Assembly: GCF_017656475.1 (NCBI RefSeq)
Contig: NZ_JACDNT010000002.1
Location: 33,160-97,159, forward strand
Length of the DNA: 64,000 bases
From: Archaeoglobus sp.
Lineage (GTDB): Archaea; Halobacteriota; Archaeoglobi; Archaeoglobales; Archaeoglobaceae
Direction: 5' to 3'
The notes under the pieces were generated by a model that was not told where the DNA came from, made no database searches, and saw only the letters and a list, made by a program, of their open reading frames with translations. Below, one piece after another: positions 21,009 through 30,738 of this stretch (positions are counted from its first letter, which is position 1; every line of letters begins with the position of its first letter). Position numbers and translations under genes: made by a program.

Positions 21009-21926
21009 ATGTTATTTAAAATCACTTTTCTTGGAACTTCCGGCACTATTCCAAGCGTGGAGAGGAATTCCCCCGCTATTTTTGTCCAATTTGGCGGGCA
21101 GAGAATGCTTTTTGATTGTGGCGAGGGGACGCAGAGACAGATGATGATAGCCAAAACCGGCTTTCGTAACCTCGACAACATTTTCATAACTCACCTACAC
21201 ACTGACCACTTCATCGGCATTTTTGGACTGATTGAGACGATGTCCTTGAATGAGAGAACCAAAGACCTCAACGTTTACTCTCCAAGGGCTGACGTGCTGA
21301 AAGCGCTTTTCGATGCTTTCGGATACGACCAGCTCAACTACGATGTGAAGGTGAGGGAGCTGAAAGACGGGGATGAGGTAAAGTTTGACGACTTCAAAGT
21401 TGTTGCATTCAAAACGGAGCACATAGTCAAGAGCGTTGGATATGCAATCATAGAGAACGACAGAAGAGGGAAGTTCAACAGAGAAAAAGCGGAGAGAGAG
21501 CTTGGAATCCCCCCAGGGCCGCTTTACGCAAAGCTTGCAAGGGGAGAGGAGATAGTCTGGAAAGGAAAGGTGATAACACCGGATATGGTTCTCGGTGAAG
21601 TTAGAAGGGGGAGGAAGGTTGTATACACCGGTGACACGAGGCCAACTGAAAGAACGGTTGAAATTGCAAGGGATGCAGATCTGCTCATCCATGACGCCTC
21701 CTTTAAGGAAGAGTTGAAGGAGTGGGCAATAGAGAGCGGTCACTCAACTGCGAGAGAGGCGGCAGAGGTTGCAAAAGCTGCGAACGTTAAAAAACTCATT
21801 CTCACACACATAAGCACTCGCTATTCAAAGGATGCTACTCCCTTACTTGAAGAGGCCAAGGAAGTTTTTAGTAACACAATAATAGCAAGTGACTTTCTTA
21901 GTATTGAAGTAAATTACAAAAGATAA
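21009..21926 (+). CDS. rnz: Ribonuclease Z (tRNA 3' endonuclease)
   Basis: 305 aa with FLGTSG..P, FDCGEGTQRQ and the HLHTDH metallo-beta-lactamase motif. The ATG directly abuts the S10 stop. Confidence 0.9.
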   Translation: MLFKITFLGTSGTIPSVERNSPAIFVQFGGQRMLFDCGEGTQRQMMIAKTGFRNLDNIFITHLHTDHFIGIFGLIETMSLNERTKDLNVYSPRADVLKALFDAFGYDQLNYDVKVRELKDGDEVKFDDFKVVAFKTEHIVKSVGYAIIENDRRGKFNREKAERELGIPPGPLYAKLARGEEIVWKGKVITPDMVLGEVRRGRKVVYTGDTRPTERTVEIARDADLLIHDASFKEELKEWAIESGHSTAREAAEVAKAANVKKLILTHISTRYSKDATPLLEEAKEVFSNTIIASDFLSIEVNYKR

Positions 21927-21967
21927 CAAATTATATATAACTCTTTACCGCATGGTAGCCCGGTGAT

Positions 21968-22468
21968 TTGATGAGAAAATTGTATGCCATACTGGTCCTA
22001 ATTGCACTCGCATTGGTTCTGGGCGGGTGCTCCGGGCAGAATGAGAGTCCAGCAGCAACCACAACTCCGACTGAGAGTGTACAGGAAGAACAGCAAGAAC
22101 AGCAAGAGGGAGGAAATCCATACTACACTACCAGCGAGGCACCTCTCAGTGGAGATGCCAAAGAACTTGACGAGATGGTAAGGCCCATTCTGAATGACAT
22201 TTTCGGAGGGGCGAAGGCGGAGTCTTTCTTGTCTGGATCTTCCGATTCTGGTATGGGTGTTTCCATACTTTACGTGTTGAAGAGACCGGTTGAAAACAGC
22301 GATTTGGAGTCACTGAAAACAGCCATCTCCAACTTGGGGTTCAGCACCAATTACGGTGGGGTCAATGGGCAGGATTTTGGCTACGCCTTCACAAAGGATC
22401 AAACAGCACTTTTAATTGGTGGCACCATCGGAGAGCAGAGGATTCAGGTTACCCTGGGGACGGGGTAG
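21968..22468 (+). CDS. Secreted lipoprotein, unknown function
   Basis: 166 aa with the lipobox-like signal MMRKLYAILVLIALALVLGGCSG, followed by a low-complexity T/E/Q linker. Confidence 0.6.
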   Translation: MMRKLYAILVLIALALVLGGCSGQNESPAATTTPTESVQEEQQEQQEGGNPYYTTSEAPLSGDAKELDEMVRPILNDIFGGAKAESFLSGSSDSGMGVSILYVLKRPVENSDLESLKTAISNLGFSTNYGGVNGQDFGYAFTKDQTALLIGGTIGEQRIQVTLGTG

Positions 22469-22554
22469 CCAGTCCTATTGTTTTATTTTTATTTCGTCAA
22501 GTCAGTGCAAACATGCCGCCATCTATTCTCGAGAAGTTAAATTAAACCACTTAA

Positions 22555-23640
22555 TCAGACCACGCCCAACTCCGCCAGCCTCTCTGGGAGATATACATCC
22601 GTAACATAATCCAGACCATACTTAGCCAGAGCCTGCTGCTCTGACTTCTTCTTTATCTCAAGCTGCAGGTTCACCTCCTTCTTCCAGAATTCGGAATCAA
22701 ATCGAGGATCAGTAAGTATTGCGTTCAACGCCTTGATATCCTCATCCGTCAGCTTGTCCGCTGGCAGATCGTACTTTACGATGTCCGTTGGCCTTATCCC
22801 CACAAACTGAGCTGCAGGAGTTGCAAGATACTCCGAGAGGTGGGCGGACTTTATACTCCCATAAGCCACGCTCGCAAAAATCCTGTAGCTCCAGGGATCT
22901 CCATCCGTAAACACAACCACTGGCAGATTGAGCTCGGTGTTGAGCCTCCTCAACAACCTGCGAGTGCTTCTTGCCGGCTGTCCCTTCAGGTGGACTATTA
23001 TCGCATTGTATTTTTCATCAAACCCGTTCTCTACAAGCCTGTCCCTCATACCGCCTGTCTCTATCGCTATCACGAACTTTGCGTCGTGGTCAACAAACTC
23101 AATCCTGTCAACGTTGACCGGAATCTGATATCCTCCCTCACCCACATCATCCTGACAGTGTATCTCCCTAACACCTCTCCTCGTCTCCTCCCTAACCCTG
23201 AGGGGCCCTATAACAGTGGCTCCATCCTCTTCAGGGCGGATGTGGAAGTGCTCCCTCTGGAAGTTCGTCAGAATTTCTAAATCCTCAACAAGCCTGTCGC
23301 TTTCAGGCTGCTCCTCGAATTTTGCCGCACCCCATCCCTCAGAGATGTAGTAAAGCTCTCTCAGGGTTGATGACTTGTTTAGGTTGAGCTGCTCCTTGAG
23401 AAAACCGATGACATAGGTCATCTTCAGGATTCTGTAAGCCCCCTTAACGGTCTTGGCAGATCTTACAGATTTTCTGTCACCGTAAACCCAAACCTCGCTC
23501 TCCTCATTAAACTCGATGTTGTGCTTAGTTCTCGTTGCGATATGAAGCTCAGGAACCTGCCCGGCTTTCATCTGATCATAAATGTTCTGCACTATACCGA
23601 TCAAAGCCTGCAGGCATCTTCGCTCGATTTCTCTCATCAT
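22555..23640 (-). CDS. top6A: DNA topoisomerase VI subunit A (Spo11 family)
   Basis: 361 aa with a 5Y-CAP/Toprim pattern: [21 protein letters not shown] and [14 protein letters not shown]. Confidence 0.92.
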   Translation of the reverse strand: MMREIERRCLQALIGIVQNIYDQMKAGQVPELHIATRTKHNIEFNEESEVWVYGDRKSVRSAKTVKGAYRILKMTYVIGFLKEQLNLNKSSTLRELYYISEGWGAAKFEEQPESDRLVEDLEILTNFQREHFHIRPEEDGATVIGPLRVREETRRGVREIHCQDDVGEGGYQIPVNVDRIEFVDHDAKFVIAIETGGMRDRLVENGFDEKYNAIIVHLKGQPARSTRRLLRRLNTELNLPVVVFTDGDPWSYRIFASVAYGSIKSAHLSEYLATPAAQFVGIRPTDIVKYDLPADKLTDEDIKALNAILTDPRFDSEFWKKEVNLQLEIKKKSEQQALAKYGLDYVTDVYLPERLAELGVV

Positions 23641-23688
23641 TCTATCATTATCGCAACGGATTTATAGGCCTTACCAACACTCTCTTTG

Positions 23689-24033
23689 ATGCTTTACATC
23701 AACACGTTTCTCGACAGAATAGGAGAGATTATTAGAGGAGAAAGAAGCGTTGAAGAGGCAGATGAGCTTCTGGAGCAGAAAAACATCCTCGAGATGTTCA
23801 AAAAAGATTGTGAGGAGATAATCAACCTCTACAAAAGCGGAAAGGCAGAGAAAGAGGAAGTTCAGAGGAACTTTTACCTCCTCAAGACGTATGTTGTTTC
23901 TCAGCTCGCAATTCACTTCGACAGGCTCAAGGAGTTTGCAGAAAGCAAAGGTGTGAGGATTGAGAAGAGGCTTGAACCGGAAGTGATAAACGAGATTGCC
24001 CTCTACATTGACAGGATCGAAAAGGAGATATGA
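23689..24033 (+). CDS. Hypothetical helical protein
   Basis: 114 aa from ATG 23689. ggatttatagg lies about 25 nt upstream, suggesting a leaderless transcript. A 4-nt ATGA overlap with surE supports translation. Confidence 0.45.
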   Translation: MLYINTFLDRIGEIIRGERSVEEADELLEQKNILEMFKKDCEEIINLYKSGKAEKEEVQRNFYLLKTYVVSQLAIHFDRLKEFAESKGVRIEKRLEPEVINEIALYIDRIEKEI

Positions 24034-24815
24034 AGATTCTGCTCACAAACGACGATGGGCTATATTCAGCAGGGCTCAAGGCTGCATACGAGGCATTGGA
24101 GCAGCTTGGAGAGGTCTTTGTCGTAGCTCCAGCCGTACAGAGGAGTGGAGTGGGGAGAAGCCTCTCCATAATGGAGCCGATAAGGGTCTCTGAGCTGAAA
24201 ATTAACGGAATGAAGATATATGCTGTGGATGGCACACCAACGGACTCGGTTATAATCGGCATGTACGAGATTATCGGCGAAATCCCCGACCTTACAGTTA
24301 GCGGGATAAACCTGGGCGAAAACCTCTCCACTGAGGCTGCAACGACGTCGGGAACTGTGGGTGCTGCTCTGGAAGCGGCAACTCACGGAAGCAGAACCAT
24401 CGCAATATCGCTGCAGATGCCGGACGTCAGCAAATTCGAACTAACGAGTAAGGCGGATTTTAGCTTCGCATCCAAGGTTCTGAAAGACCTCGCAAAGCTC
24501 GTGCTCGAAAAAGGACTGCCTGAGGGCGTTGACCTGCTGAACGTTAATGTCCCCGCAAGGCCGAACGGTAAAATTGCCGTAACAAGGCTTGCGAGAAGAA
24601 TGTACATTGTCAGCGTGGAGAAAAGGCTAGACCCGAGGGGCAGGGAGTACTACTGGATACATGGGGATGAAGTAGAGGACGCTGAGGAGGGGACGGATAT
24701 CCACGCCCTTAGGCTCGGTTATGTTTCCGTAACCCCTCTCTCAATTGATTTAACCGCGAAAGTTGATTTTGGAAAGGTTGGAAGGTGGTTTAATGGCCTC
24801 GAATGGGAAGTATAA
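24030..24815 (+). CDS. surE: 5'/3'-nucleotidase SurE
   Basis: MKILLTNDDG...GTPTD...SGINLGEN...SGTVGAA. Confidence 0.9.
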   Translation: MKILLTNDDGLYSAGLKAAYEALEQLGEVFVVAPAVQRSGVGRSLSIMEPIRVSELKINGMKIYAVDGTPTDSVIIGMYEIIGEIPDLTVSGINLGENLSTEAATTSGTVGAALEAATHGSRTIAISLQMPDVSKFELTSKADFSFASKVLKDLAKLVLEKGLPEGVDLLNVNVPARPNGKIAVTRLARRMYIVSVEKRLDPRGREYYWIHGDEVEDAEEGTDIHALRLGYVSVTPLSIDLTAKVDFGKVGRWFNGLEWEV

Positions 24816-25470
24816 CGCTGCAAAGCTCGCGTTAGAGCTTGTTAAAGACGGGATGGTTTTGGGGATTGGTAGTGGTTCAACAGTCGAAATATTCCTGAAC
24901 CTGCTTGGGGAGAGGATAAAAAGAGAGGATATGGAGGTTTATGGAGTGCCAACTTCCTACCAGTCCTACTACGCAGCCATCAGAAACAGGGTAAGAGTTG
25001 TCGATCTGGTTGAATACGAACCAGAGTTGTGTATTGATGGAGCTGATCAGGTAGATGCTAAGATGAACTGCATTAAAGGTGGTGGAGGGGCATTGACGAG
25101 GGAGAAGATAGTTGCGAAGGCGAGTAAGAAGGTTGTGATAATCGTGGATGAGGGCAAGCTGGTTGAGAAACTTTCAATGCCCATCCCGGTTGAGGTCCTG
25201 CCCTTCGCCTACGGGTATGTGTCCAAAAAGTTGAAGGAGCTGGGAGCTGAAGTGAAACTCAGGCACGGGAGCGGCAAAGTTGGACCAGTTGTGACGGATA
25301 ACGGCAACTTTGTTTTGGATTGCGATTTCGGTGTACTGGAAGATGAAGCTGTTGAGGAAACGGAAGAAAGTGTGAAGCTCATAACCGGTATTGTTGAAAG
25401 CGGTATTTTCCCCAAAAAAATGATTGACCAGGTTATAGCTGGCTCATCGAACTCTACGAGGTTTTTATAG
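24793..25470 (+). CDS. rpiA: Ribose-5-phosphate isomerase A
   Basis: Internal ATG at 24793 gives MASNGKYNAAKLALELVKDGMVLGIGSGST. Also present: IDGADQVD and KGGGGALTREK. Confidence 0.9.
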   Translation: MASNGKYNAAKLALELVKDGMVLGIGSGSTVEIFLNLLGERIKREDMEVYGVPTSYQSYYAAIRNRVRVVDLVEYEPELCIDGADQVDAKMNCIKGGGGALTREKIVAKASKKVVIIVDEGKLVEKLSMPIPVEVLPFAYGYVSKKLKELGAEVKLRHGSGKVGPVVTDNGNFVLDCDFGVLEDEAVEETEESVKLITGIVESGIFPKKMIDQVIAGSSNSTRFL

Positions 25471-25471
25471 G

Positions 25472-26530
25472 CTACCACTTGTCCTTTTTTCTCGAATTCA
25501 TTATGACAGCTATTGCTATTGCAACTAAGGCTACTCCACCACCTGCCACGGCAACTGTGGTTAGATCAGCATCAATCAGACTTTTCTCCCTGATTGATTT
25601 CTTAAGCTCCTCGACTTCCAGCTTCAGCGAAGAAAGAGAATCCTTAATCTCGTTTATTTTTGTATCTGCAGTGGTAAACTTCCCTTCGTTAACCAGCCTC
25701 TCCACCTCATCTATTGCCTCATCAACACTGCCAATGTTTGAGTACAACTCCTCGTATCTGGCCTTAACCTCCTCATAGTTCTCGATCCTGTCTCTCTCGT
25801 TTTCGACTCTGTACTGAATGAGAATGAGTTCTTTGTTGATTTCAGTGAGCGAAGCTTTCAGCTCGTCGATTTTGGACTGGTAGGATTTCATATTGCTGCT
25901 AACGTAGCACTCCTCAACAGCATCCTCTATATCTTCCATCAATTCCTCAGCATCCCTGTACTTTTCATCATTGTAAAGCAGCTTGGCCTCCTTCAGCTTT
26001 TTCTCATCGGCACACTCTGCATCTTCAAAATTCCTTATGTCTGAGTAAAATTTCTGCTTGTTCACAACCGTAATTTCCAGTCCGATTAGCTCTTCTTCCT
26101 CAGTCTCCACTTTCAGCACCGTCAGGTTTTCAAGCCTTGAGTCGATTACCGGCACATATCCAGAAACTGTCAAAGCAATTTCATCCACACCATCATCGCT
26201 TTCAGGGACAAAAATCTTGAGTTCTGTTTCACCCCCATCGGAGCTATACTCATCCTGAGGTGAGGGGTAGAGCACTTTCTTTCCATCCCGATACTCAACG
26301 ACAACTGCAAGCGCTGAGGAGTCAAGTTGGGTAAAAACATGATACTCCTGGTCGTCTGCCAGCTTGGCGTCGCTTGAGGAGTCGGGAGTTACTGTGCAGG
26401 TGAAATAGAGGTATTCTCCGCCGAAGTAGTAATCGTCGAATGTTTTGGAGCAGGAGTAGTCGAAGTCATAAGCTGAGGCTGTGGTAAATAGCAAAAGAAC
26501 AGGAAGAAGAATTAACGGAGCTCGTCCCAT
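25472..26530 (-). CDS. Envelope protein: signal peptide, N-terminal beta domain, long coiled coil, C-terminal TM anchor
   Basis: 352 aa. Signal peptide: APLILLPVLLLFTTASA. The heptad-rich E/K/L region spans about residues 165-320. The C-terminus is TVAVAGGGVALVAIAIAVIMNSRKKDKW. It is paralogous to the upstream gene (TVSGYVPVIDSRLENLTVLKV..VVNKQKF versus LSGTVPSVSERLESIDVVNV..VVNTQKF). Confidence 0.7.
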   Translation of the reverse strand: MGRAPLILLPVLLLFTTASAYDFDYSCSKTFDDYYFGGEYLYFTCTVTPDSSSDAKLADDQEYHVFTQLDSSALAVVVEYRDGKKVLYPSPQDEYSSDGGETELKIFVPESDDGVDEIALTVSGYVPVIDSRLENLTVLKVETEEEELIGLEITVVNKQKFYSDIRNFEDAECADEKKLKEAKLLYNDEKYRDAEELMEDIEDAVEECYVSSNMKSYQSKIDELKASLTEINKELILIQYRVENERDRIENYEEVKARYEELYSNIGSVDEAIDEVERLVNEGKFTTADTKINEIKDSLSSLKLEVEELKKSIREKSLIDADLTTVAVAGGGVALVAIAIAVIMNSRKKDKW

Positions 26531-27702
26531 TTTCTTCTCCCTCCTCTGAACTTTATTGCTGCCACCACCACTACTACCCCAACAATGATGCCTGCAATGA
26601 TGTACAGCGGTGAAATTGGCAGTTCAATATTGAGTGATGGTAAGCTGAAGCCACCCTCCTCTGACTTCTCGTTTTCAATCTTTGTCTTAAGCTTGTCAAT
26701 ATTGCTCAAAAGGTCTTCAACCTGTGGTTTCAACTCCTTGAGCTTTTCGTAAGCATCAGAGTATTTTTTATCTTCTATCATCTGATTTGCATCGTCAAAC
26801 TGACTCTTCAGGCTATCATACTGACTTTTCAGTTCAGCGTAGGTTTCTACATAGGCGGTGTAGTTCTTGCTGTCAGCAACTTTGTTGAGAGCGACTTCTA
26901 CAACGCTCAGGTTCAGGTACGCTTTGTTGAGCATGTCCTCAACGTAATCCCTCTCAGTCTCGGCCTTTAGCTTGTTGGCCTGTGAAGCAATCTCGTCAAG
27001 CTTCTCCTCAGCCTCGCTTATCTTCTCATCCGCTTCAACATATTTTCCCTGAGACACGAGGCTTTCAGCACTCTCAAGGAGAGAGTATATCTCATCAAAA
27101 TCAGACTGGTTGTACTGCACTCCTGCCGATTCCAAGTCTGACTTAAGGGAATCTGCATCTTCCCTTACCTTTTGAATGTCCTCGCTGAACTTCTGTGTGT
27201 TCACAACCTTTATTTTCAGGGGTGGGAGCGCATCTTCCTCAGCCTCTTCGACTGAAACATTGACCACATCGATACTTTCCAGTCTTTCGGAAACAGAAGG
27301 TACTGTGCCAGACAAGTTCACTTCTATGCTTCTAACACCTTTCTTCTGTTCGTTGACATAAAAATATTTGACCTCAATTTTGACTTTATCATCATTCAGA
27401 AACTCTTCGGTCTTGCTTCCGAGGTAATAGTTGACTGCTATAATCCACTTCGTACTTTCGAGAGAAGTTTCGAAGGTGTAAGTACGTGGATTATCCCTCT
27501 CACCCCCAATTAACTCCATATCGTCATCCGTATTGGGAGTTATCCTGTATGTTACAGTAACTTCGTCTCCCGGCAAATAGTAATCCTTCCCTGGTTTTAT
27601 CTCGGTTTCAGGAGTGTCGAAGTTATCCTTTGTAAGGGTTTCAAGAGCTAGGGCTGGAGTAGCCAGTATGAGCAGGAGCAGTACTGCCACAATCTTCTTC
27701 AT
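26512..27702 (-). CDS. Envelope protein paralogue: signal peptide, beta domain, coiled coil, C-terminal TM anchor
   Basis: 396 aa. Signal peptide: MKKIVAVLLLLILATPALA. A long coiled-coil-like region is followed by PLYIIAGIIVGVVVVVAAIKFRGGRRKW. It overlaps the downstream paralogue by 19 nt. Confidence 0.7.
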   Translation of the reverse strand: MKKIVAVLLLLILATPALALETLTKDNFDTPETEIKPGKDYYLPGDEVTVTYRITPNTDDDMELIGGERDNPRTYTFETSLESTKWIIAVNYYLGSKTEEFLNDDKVKIEVKYFYVNEQKKGVRSIEVNLSGTVPSVSERLESIDVVNVSVEEAEEDALPPLKIKVVNTQKFSEDIQKVREDADSLKSDLESAGVQYNQSDFDEIYSLLESAESLVSQGKYVEADEKISEAEEKLDEIASQANKLKAETERDYVEDMLNKAYLNLSVVEVALNKVADSKNYTAYVETYAELKSQYDSLKSQFDDANQMIEDKKYSDAYEKLKELKPQVEDLLSNIDKLKTKIENEKSEEGGFSLPSLNIELPISPLYIIAGIIVGVVVVVAAIKFRGGRRKWDELR

Positions 27703-27740
27703 AAACAGAATACAGAACCGTAGCTTAAAAACTTTATCGT

Positions 27741-27760
27741 AAAATAAAAAAGGAAAAAAT
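27741..27760 (-). terminator. Oligo-T tract after the S-layer-like gene
   Basis: The minus strand reads attttttccttttttatttt, starting about 9 nt after the TAA at 27769-27771. Archaeal termination typically uses oligo-T tracts. Confidence 0.5.
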
Positions 27761-27768
27761 TTGGAGAA

Positions 27769-30675
27769 TTACTTTCTCCTCAGCAGGTATGCTACTGCCA
27801 GCAGTCCGGCAATTGCGAACACTGCCTCGAAGCCGGGCACTCCACCGCCCTGCTGTGGTGTTGTGGTTGTAACCGCGGTGGTTGTGGTCTCTTCAACGGC
27901 TGTGGTTGTTGTAACCGCGGTGGTTGTGGTCACGGCTGTGGTTGTTGTAACCGCGGTGGTTGTCGTAGCTGGTGCGGTTTCGAGGAGTTCGACTGTCTTG
28001 ATCACGAGCAAGTCATCGTGAGCAGTTTTTTCTCTAGCTAAGGACTCTGTCGGATCAAGATAATACACTTCTTTGATGTATTCTGTATCTATCTCATCTC
28101 TTGGAGTCTTAGCCGTGTCACGGACATACAACTTGTAGGTTCCTGGGCTATAACCAGCAGTCTCTATAGTAATCTCTCCGACGCCCTCTGAGTTAACTAC
28201 AACCTGGAAAACATCTTCGATGTTGTTTCCGGTAAATACTACCCAAATTCCGTCATAGCCTGAGATTTGCCTGTTCGTAGTTACCTTGATCTTCAAGGTG
28301 TCTCCAACTACTGGGGTTTCTGGTTCCAACGTCACATCGAGAGTCTGCTGCACCACTTCGATCAGTTTCTGAGTTTCGGCTGAATCAACTTCTTCATACT
28401 CCTGACCTGTGTAGATGAACAGTTTAACGGTTAGCACATAGAGACCCGGAACGAGTCCTTCATCAAGGCCCTCATCGTCAGCAATTTTGTCTAAATCAAG
28501 CGTAAACGTCGCTGTATTGTTGGCATCCAAGTCATACGCTGCATCGTCATAGTCTTTGTAATCTACATTAAGTCCTTCAAAGACGTACCCAACCTTCACT
28601 TTCTGGCGGTCACCAGGTTCAACAACTACTGAGACATCTGTCTCACCGTTGTACGGGAGGACTCCTGGCACTACTATCTCCTTTACCCACGGATCCTTAA
28701 CGACTATGGAGAACATCTTCTGAGCATCTGCTGCCCTATCGACATAATTTACTTGCCCATCAGTGATGTTTTCTGGTGCAACAAGATACACATAGTACGT
28801 TCCTGGATCAGCTTCTGCGTCAACATCCAATTCAAACTCTAAGTTGCCATCTTTATCTGCCATAACCTGGGCAGTATTTGGACACACGCCGTCATCAAGG
28901 TCTGCCTCTGACGCTACGTGTTCACTACCAAGATAGAAGTAGTCCTCTTCGTCAGAATAGATACACACGATTTGGTCAGGAGATGTTGTACCTGAGAATA
29001 CTAAGCTGTCGCCCCTGATTACGGTCGTCTTATCAACCGTAACATCCAGTATCTGCTTGACCACCTCAACTCTCACACTTGCAGTAAGTCCCAGCCCCAT
29101 AGTATCTTTTGCCTTAAACCTGTAGTCATGCAACTCTGCGTTGTAAGCTACATCAAATTTGAACTCGGCCTTACCTGTGGCGTCTACTCCCTGGGTGAAC
29201 ACACACTCATCCTCGCTGGAGTCATACCAGCCACCCATGTCTACACACAGATCATCTGGAGTATCGTTAGCGTATAGATCACCAAGGTCGTCCTCACTTA
29301 TTGTAAGATTTACTGGAGTATTGATCTTAAAGTTCGTTTGCACTATAATCTTGAAGGAGTCACCCCTGCTCACTGTGGGTTTATCAACCGATACCGTAAT
29401 TGTCCCCTCTTTCAGCTCCATTAGATCGACAATCTCATCCTCTGCAACTCCATCGCCATCCGCATCTATCCACACTTTCACTTTGTAGTAGCCAAGCTCA
29501 AGATCTCCTGGGACTTTGGTTCCAAAGCTATCTATCTTGAACTTGAATTCACCTCCCTCGTCGATGTACGCCATTATTGGACCTACCTTAAGCACATCAT
29601 CCATTGTTGTGATGTTCAACCAAGCTACATTTTCAGCACCGTTTTGAGTATACTTCAGTGTGAAGTTGTCATTCTTTGTACCACTCTTTGCGAGTGTTGC
29701 CTGACCAGTAATGACCAAGTCCGTTCCTTTCACATGGGTGTCGGGTACATTCAACTGGGTTATCTCAGCCTCGACAACACTAAATACGGCTGTAGCTTCT
29801 GATCTGTTCTCATTGTGTTTGTAGTTCACGTCAATCTTCGCTACATAGACTCCCTCTGGAAGGTCCGATGCAGGAACTTTTTCTGATATAACAGCCCAGA
29901 AAGGCGCAGCGGTTGCTATCATTGCATTGCTGGAGTTTCTTGCATACTCGCCCGCCTTAATTGGCACCCACCATGTATCGTCCCCACAGGCTTCACTGAG
30001 GGTGTGGTAGCCCCCTGCTGATGCGTTACACAGCTCGATGTACCTGTCGTTTCCTGTGACGAAGACCTTTATCTCCGAGACGGCGGTCGATGTGCTCATG
30101 GACGCTTCAACCTTAACCCAGTCACCGATGGCCACTGACGATTTGTCGACCGAAATGGAAACCTCAGGTTTCCCTGCAACTGGCGGGTTAACCTTGAATC
30201 CCAGATGTGTCGGATCTCCATTGGTAACATTATGACTATACCCCGAAGTTGTGTTGTAGACAAACGGGAACACGACATAGGTTCCAGAAACATCTGGTGT
30301 AAATTCCTTATTCAGCTCAGCCCCTTCACAGTCTACCTGAACCTTCAGTAAAGCATTATCAAGTAAGTCATCGTAGGTAGCATCACCAGCCCAGAAATCA
30401 ACGAAATCAGATGCCTTAACGACAACCAAGAACCTTGTTGTCTTACATGGGTCTTCTCCAGTTGATACCCACGAACCCGTTATAGTTACTGACTCACCGA
30501 GATTTATTTCATCGTCACTCAGCTTTAAATTCAGTAGATGTACTGGATCACCTACCGTTATGGGTCCATCATCCACTGTTACATTTTCTATACTCGGTGT
30601 AAGGGCCATCGCTGGAGTCACTGATATCACTAAAAGCGCCGCCATTATTACGCCTATTATTCCTAACCTTTTCAT
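27769..30675 (-). CDS. Large S-layer-like surface glycoprotein with Thr-rich linker and PGF-CTERM sorting signal
   Basis: 968 aa. Signal peptide: MKRLGIIGVIMAALLVISVTPAMA. The body is long and beta-rich with about a dozen N-x-S/T sequons (NVT, NTT, NAS, NSS, NRS, NFT, NIT, NLT, NDT...). The C-terminus is (TTTTAV)n..PQQGGGVPGFEAVFAIAGLLAVAYLLRRK. Confidence 0.8.
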   Translation of the reverse strand: MKRLGIIGVIMAALLVISVTPAMALTPSIENVTVDDGPITVGDPVHLLNLKLSDDEINLGESVTITGSWVSTGEDPCKTTRFLVVVKASDFVDFWAGDATYDDLLDNALLKVQVDCEGAELNKEFTPDVSGTYVVFPFVYNTTSGYSHNVTNGDPTHLGFKVNPPVAGKPEVSISVDKSSVAIGDWVKVEASMSTSTAVSEIKVFVTGNDRYIELCNASAGGYHTLSEACGDDTWWVPIKAGEYARNSSNAMIATAAPFWAVISEKVPASDLPEGVYVAKIDVNYKHNENRSEATAVFSVVEAEITQLNVPDTHVKGTDLVITGQATLAKSGTKNDNFTLKYTQNGAENVAWLNITTMDDVLKVGPIMAYIDEGGEFKFKIDSFGTKVPGDLELGYYKVKVWIDADGDGVAEDEIVDLMELKEGTITVSVDKPTVSRGDSFKIIVQTNFKINTPVNLTISEDDLGDLYANDTPDDLCVDMGGWYDSSEDECVFTQGVDATGKAEFKFDVAYNAELHDYRFKAKDTMGLGLTASVRVEVVKQILDVTVDKTTVIRGDSLVFSGTTSPDQIVCIYSDEEDYFYLGSEHVASEADLDDGVCPNTAQVMADKDGNLEFELDVDAEADPGTYYVYLVAPENITDGQVNYVDRAADAQKMFSIVVKDPWVKEIVVPGVLPYNGETDVSVVVEPGDRQKVKVGYVFEGLNVDYKDYDDAAYDLDANNTATFTLDLDKIADDEGLDEGLVPGLYVLTVKLFIYTGQEYEEVDSAETQKLIEVVQQTLDVTLEPETPVVGDTLKIKVTTNRQISGYDGIWVVFTGNNIEDVFQVVVNSEGVGEITIETAGYSPGTYKLYVRDTAKTPRDEIDTEYIKEVYYLDPTESLAREKTAHDDLLVIKTVELLETAPATTTTAVTTTTAVTTTTAVTTTTAVEETTTTAVTTTTPQQGGGVPGFEAVFAIAGLLAVAYLLRRK
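27859..27969 (-). repeat. In-frame 18-nt (TTTTAV) tandem repeat with a near-perfect 36-nt DNA duplication
   Basis: On the plus strand, acggctgtggttgttgtaaccgcggtggttgt occurs at 27896 and again at 27932. gtaaccgcggtggttgt occurs three times. The region encodes ATTTTAVTTTTAVTTTTAVTTTTAVEETTTTAVTTTT. Confidence 0.9.
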
Positions 30676-30717
30676 ACTTCTCTACCTCCTTTTCTCACCT
30701 TTCATCTCACCTTCCAC

Positions 30718-30727
30718 TATATAAATT
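30718..30727 (-). promoter_or_regulatory. Candidate TATA box of the S-layer-like gene
   Basis: The minus strand reads aatttatata about 43-52 nt upstream of ATG 30675. GGAGG (30685-30690) lies between them. Confidence 0.5.
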
Positions 30728-30738
30728 CTCCCATTCTT

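Noticed and set aside
22555-23640. top6A stands alone with no top6B next to it.
   Set aside because: Subunit genes are separated in some archaeal genomes. Absence from a 64-kb window says nothing about the genome.
27859-27969. Regular short DNA repeats that might suggest a CRISPR or satellite array.
   Set aside because: The repeats are in frame inside a long ORF and encode a TTTTAV linker. There are no spacer-like unique segments.
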